This document shows positions 61,504 through 64,000 of a stretch of 64,000 nt of DNA, one piece after another (positions within the stretch are counted from its first letter, which is position 1; every line of letters starts with the position of its first letter). The stretch comes from Paraspadella gotoi (lineage: Eukaryota > Animalia > Chaetognatha). The notes under the pieces are model-generated. The model did no database searches, had not been told where the DNA came from, and saw only the letters and a list, made by a program, of their open reading frames with translations. The DNA is taken from contig CM119264.1 of the NCBI GenBank assembly GCA_051294375.1, forward strand, positions 22,262,709 through 22,326,708, written 5' to 3'. The translations under genes and the position numbers were made by a program.

Positions 61504-63759
61504 AACATTTGATTAATTGGATTAATTTTGACGAATTTTATCGAATATAGAGAAAAAGAAGATAAAATTAATCGAAAATATTAAAAGGCAAGATGGCTTT
61601 TTAATCGAATTATTAAATTTTTTATTGGTTTTACCAATTTCAAAAGTAATTAACGATAAGCATACAATAGCAAAGCTTGAATTCAATTAATTAAAAGAAA
61701 CTCGAAAATCTGACGGAGAAATTAAAAAGTAATTTTAAAATTAAATTGTACAACAACAAATTGAGTAGTACACAAAATTAAGCTTTAAAATCATTACTAG
61801 TAATAAGATTTAAAATAGTAACTTTGAAATAAAACAAATTATCAAAAGTAAAAAAAAAGGTTTTTGCAACCAAACATAAATTGTGGAGGGAAACCAAAAA
61901 AACAAGACTAAAAAAAGGTTTATAAGACTAAGAGAAAAAAAGGGAAAAGGTTTTTAGCACGAGAAAACAACGGAACGAACGTCGCTGGCGCAGGAAGGGG
62001 AGGGGGGGGGCGGAAGGGGGGAGGAAGAAAAACATTTACCTGGGGATCGAGAAAAAGAAAAAAAAAAAAAAAAATACATGAACGAAACAAGATCTGCGAT
62101 GAAGGCGGAAAAAATGAAAATGGAAGAGGGAAGCATATAAAATGGATGAGAAGAGGAAAGAACAAAGATGGGTTTCGTCCCATGGAACCGACTCTGATCC
62201 TGAGAAAGCTTAGACAGAGAGAGAGGAGCAGAGAGAGAGAGAGAGAGAGAGCAGAGAGAAAGAGTTGAGAGAGCAGAAGAGGAGAAGAGAGAACAGAAGA
62301 GAGAGAAGAGAGAGAGAGATGAGAGAGAGAGGAGAGAGAGTAGAGAGAGAGAGAGAGAGAAGAGAGACAGAGAGAGAGAGAGCAGAGAGTGAGAGAGAGA
62401 GAGAGGAGAGAGAGAGAGAACAGAGAGAGAGAGAGAGAGAGAGAGAGGAGGAGAGAGAGTGAAGAGAGGAGTGAGAGAGAGTAGAGAGAGAGAGAGCGAG
62501 AGAAGCAGAGAGAGCATGGGGTTGGTCGACAATCGACCGAGACCGCGGTAGTAACAAAAGGCTTCCCTCTCTGTCCGCTCCTTACTCTCTTACCGCCGGT
62601 CGAAGGTCGGAGGTCATCCGCGTCGGTGACTCTCGAAAAATGACGAGATCCCTCTTCCTTTCTCTACCGACGGGCGATCGTCGCGGGTCTAGGGTGCGAA
62701 AGACTCGCGAAAATACTGCTCTCCGCTCTTTTCTCTCTTTCTCCCACATTTTCTCTTAGTTTTTGCTTTTCACTCTCTTTACAAAACTCTACTATTTTAT
62801 ATCTGGGTTATTCCATTCATTTTTTGCCTGGCGTATGAACAGAGAGAGCAAAAAATTTTTCTCAATAATAATCATAAGGATGTCGGTAAAACACATAGTT
62901 TGATATTTGATAATTAATATCAAATTAAAAAAGTTAGTCAAAGAGAATTTTCATATGACATTAATTGTTAGACATTATAATCCTTTTGTTTCGTTGTGGC
63001 TAAGATTTAGAGAAAAGTTTGAAATGACTTCAATTCAAATAAATCGTTGTTGAATTCATTTCAAACTTTTTTCTAGACATTAATTGTATATTTTCCCACA
63101 ATAATAATGTATTCTGGCGACTCGAATTGACCTCCGTCATCAAGATAACCTCAGTCACAAAGAATCCTTTCACCGAACTACCGTGAAGCCTCAGTCGTCG
63201 TTGTCGTCGTCGTCGTCAGCTGACCTTTTCTTCTCCTTACTTTGTTAAGTTTCTCTCATTCGAATTTCAAGCCAAGAACTAAAACCACGTTTTTATCTCT
63301 TTTAATTGACGTTCAATGAAATATTATCATTTTCATTTTTCATTTTTCATTTCACTTAATACTACAAATTGCACAAACATTAAAATACATTGATATTTTT
63401 ATTTTCGTTGAATGATATTTTTAAAATTTTCAATTTTAGACATAAACATTTTATGTTTATTTTATAATAATAACAATGATTCTCTGTCATTTGCTTTGGT
63501 AAAGGGAACTTAACTTTTAGTGAATTTTTTTTATCAATTTTCAGAAGTAAATTCACATTAACTCATACATTTGTTTTTTAAAATTAGTTTTTCCCTTATT
63601 TAAAAATATTCACATTGAGAAAAGTAATTTTCTCAGGAGAAATCATAAATTTCTCCCGAAATTCGAGAGTAAGACTCGCGAAAGAGGAGCGAAAGGAGAG
63701 AGAGAGAGAAAGAGAAGGAAGAGAATCCTCTTCATTCGCGGCAAAGACGAGCGAATCAG

Positions 63760-63983
63760 GAGCGGACTTACTCCGCCGCCGAGGAAAGTCCGCGGCTGAG
63801 TCGCGGCTGGACCAATCAGCGTCGAGATAGTGGAGGGAAAGTCAACCATATGCCTCAGAGAGAGAGAGAGAGAGAGAGAGTGAGAGGAGGCATATGGTTG
63901 ACTTTACCGCCACTGTCTCGACCATGAATAGGCCAGCCGCGGTGACCCCGTGAGGACACCTCGGCGGCGGAGTAGGTTCGCTC
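63760..63983. repeat. GC-rich inverted repeat (about 97-bp arms) around a (GA)n loop
   Basis: 63760-63856 vs 63887-63983, e.g. AAAGTCAACCATATGCCTC / GAGGCATATGGTTGACTTT and TACTCCGCCGCCGAGG / CCTCGGCGGCGGAGTA. Confidence 0.85.
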
Positions 63984-64000
63984 TCTCTCCGTGGGTCTTC

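Overview
AT-rich, microsatellite-dense metazoan (probably invertebrate) scaffold. Almost all ORFs in the track are repeat artefacts. One gene is well supported: a + strand GDNF-family-receptor-alpha-like (GFR/Gfrl) gene. Nine phase-compatible exons were read by eye between 43976 and 57437: a Ser/Thr linker, two Cys-rich GFR domains and a probable GPI tail; its 5' exons were not found. A second, unidentified four-exon gene on the - strand (about 20780-22900, error-rich copy at about 3905-6069) appears only in the consensus of two duplicated copies. The most striking element is a complete miniature LTR retroelement (TRIM, 28475-29186) whose two LTRs each carry a tRNA-like Pol III module, with PBS, PPT and a 4-bp TSD (Helenus-type architecture), nested in a foldback DNA element. 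Also present: a mariner-type MITE at the homologous site of a second copy of that host, two TTAA-flanked (Kolobok-like) elements, two minimal hammerhead-ribozyme motifs, a LINE relic and several hairpins. Large indel-rich duplications next to exact 25-N gaps look like long-read gap-filling artefacts.
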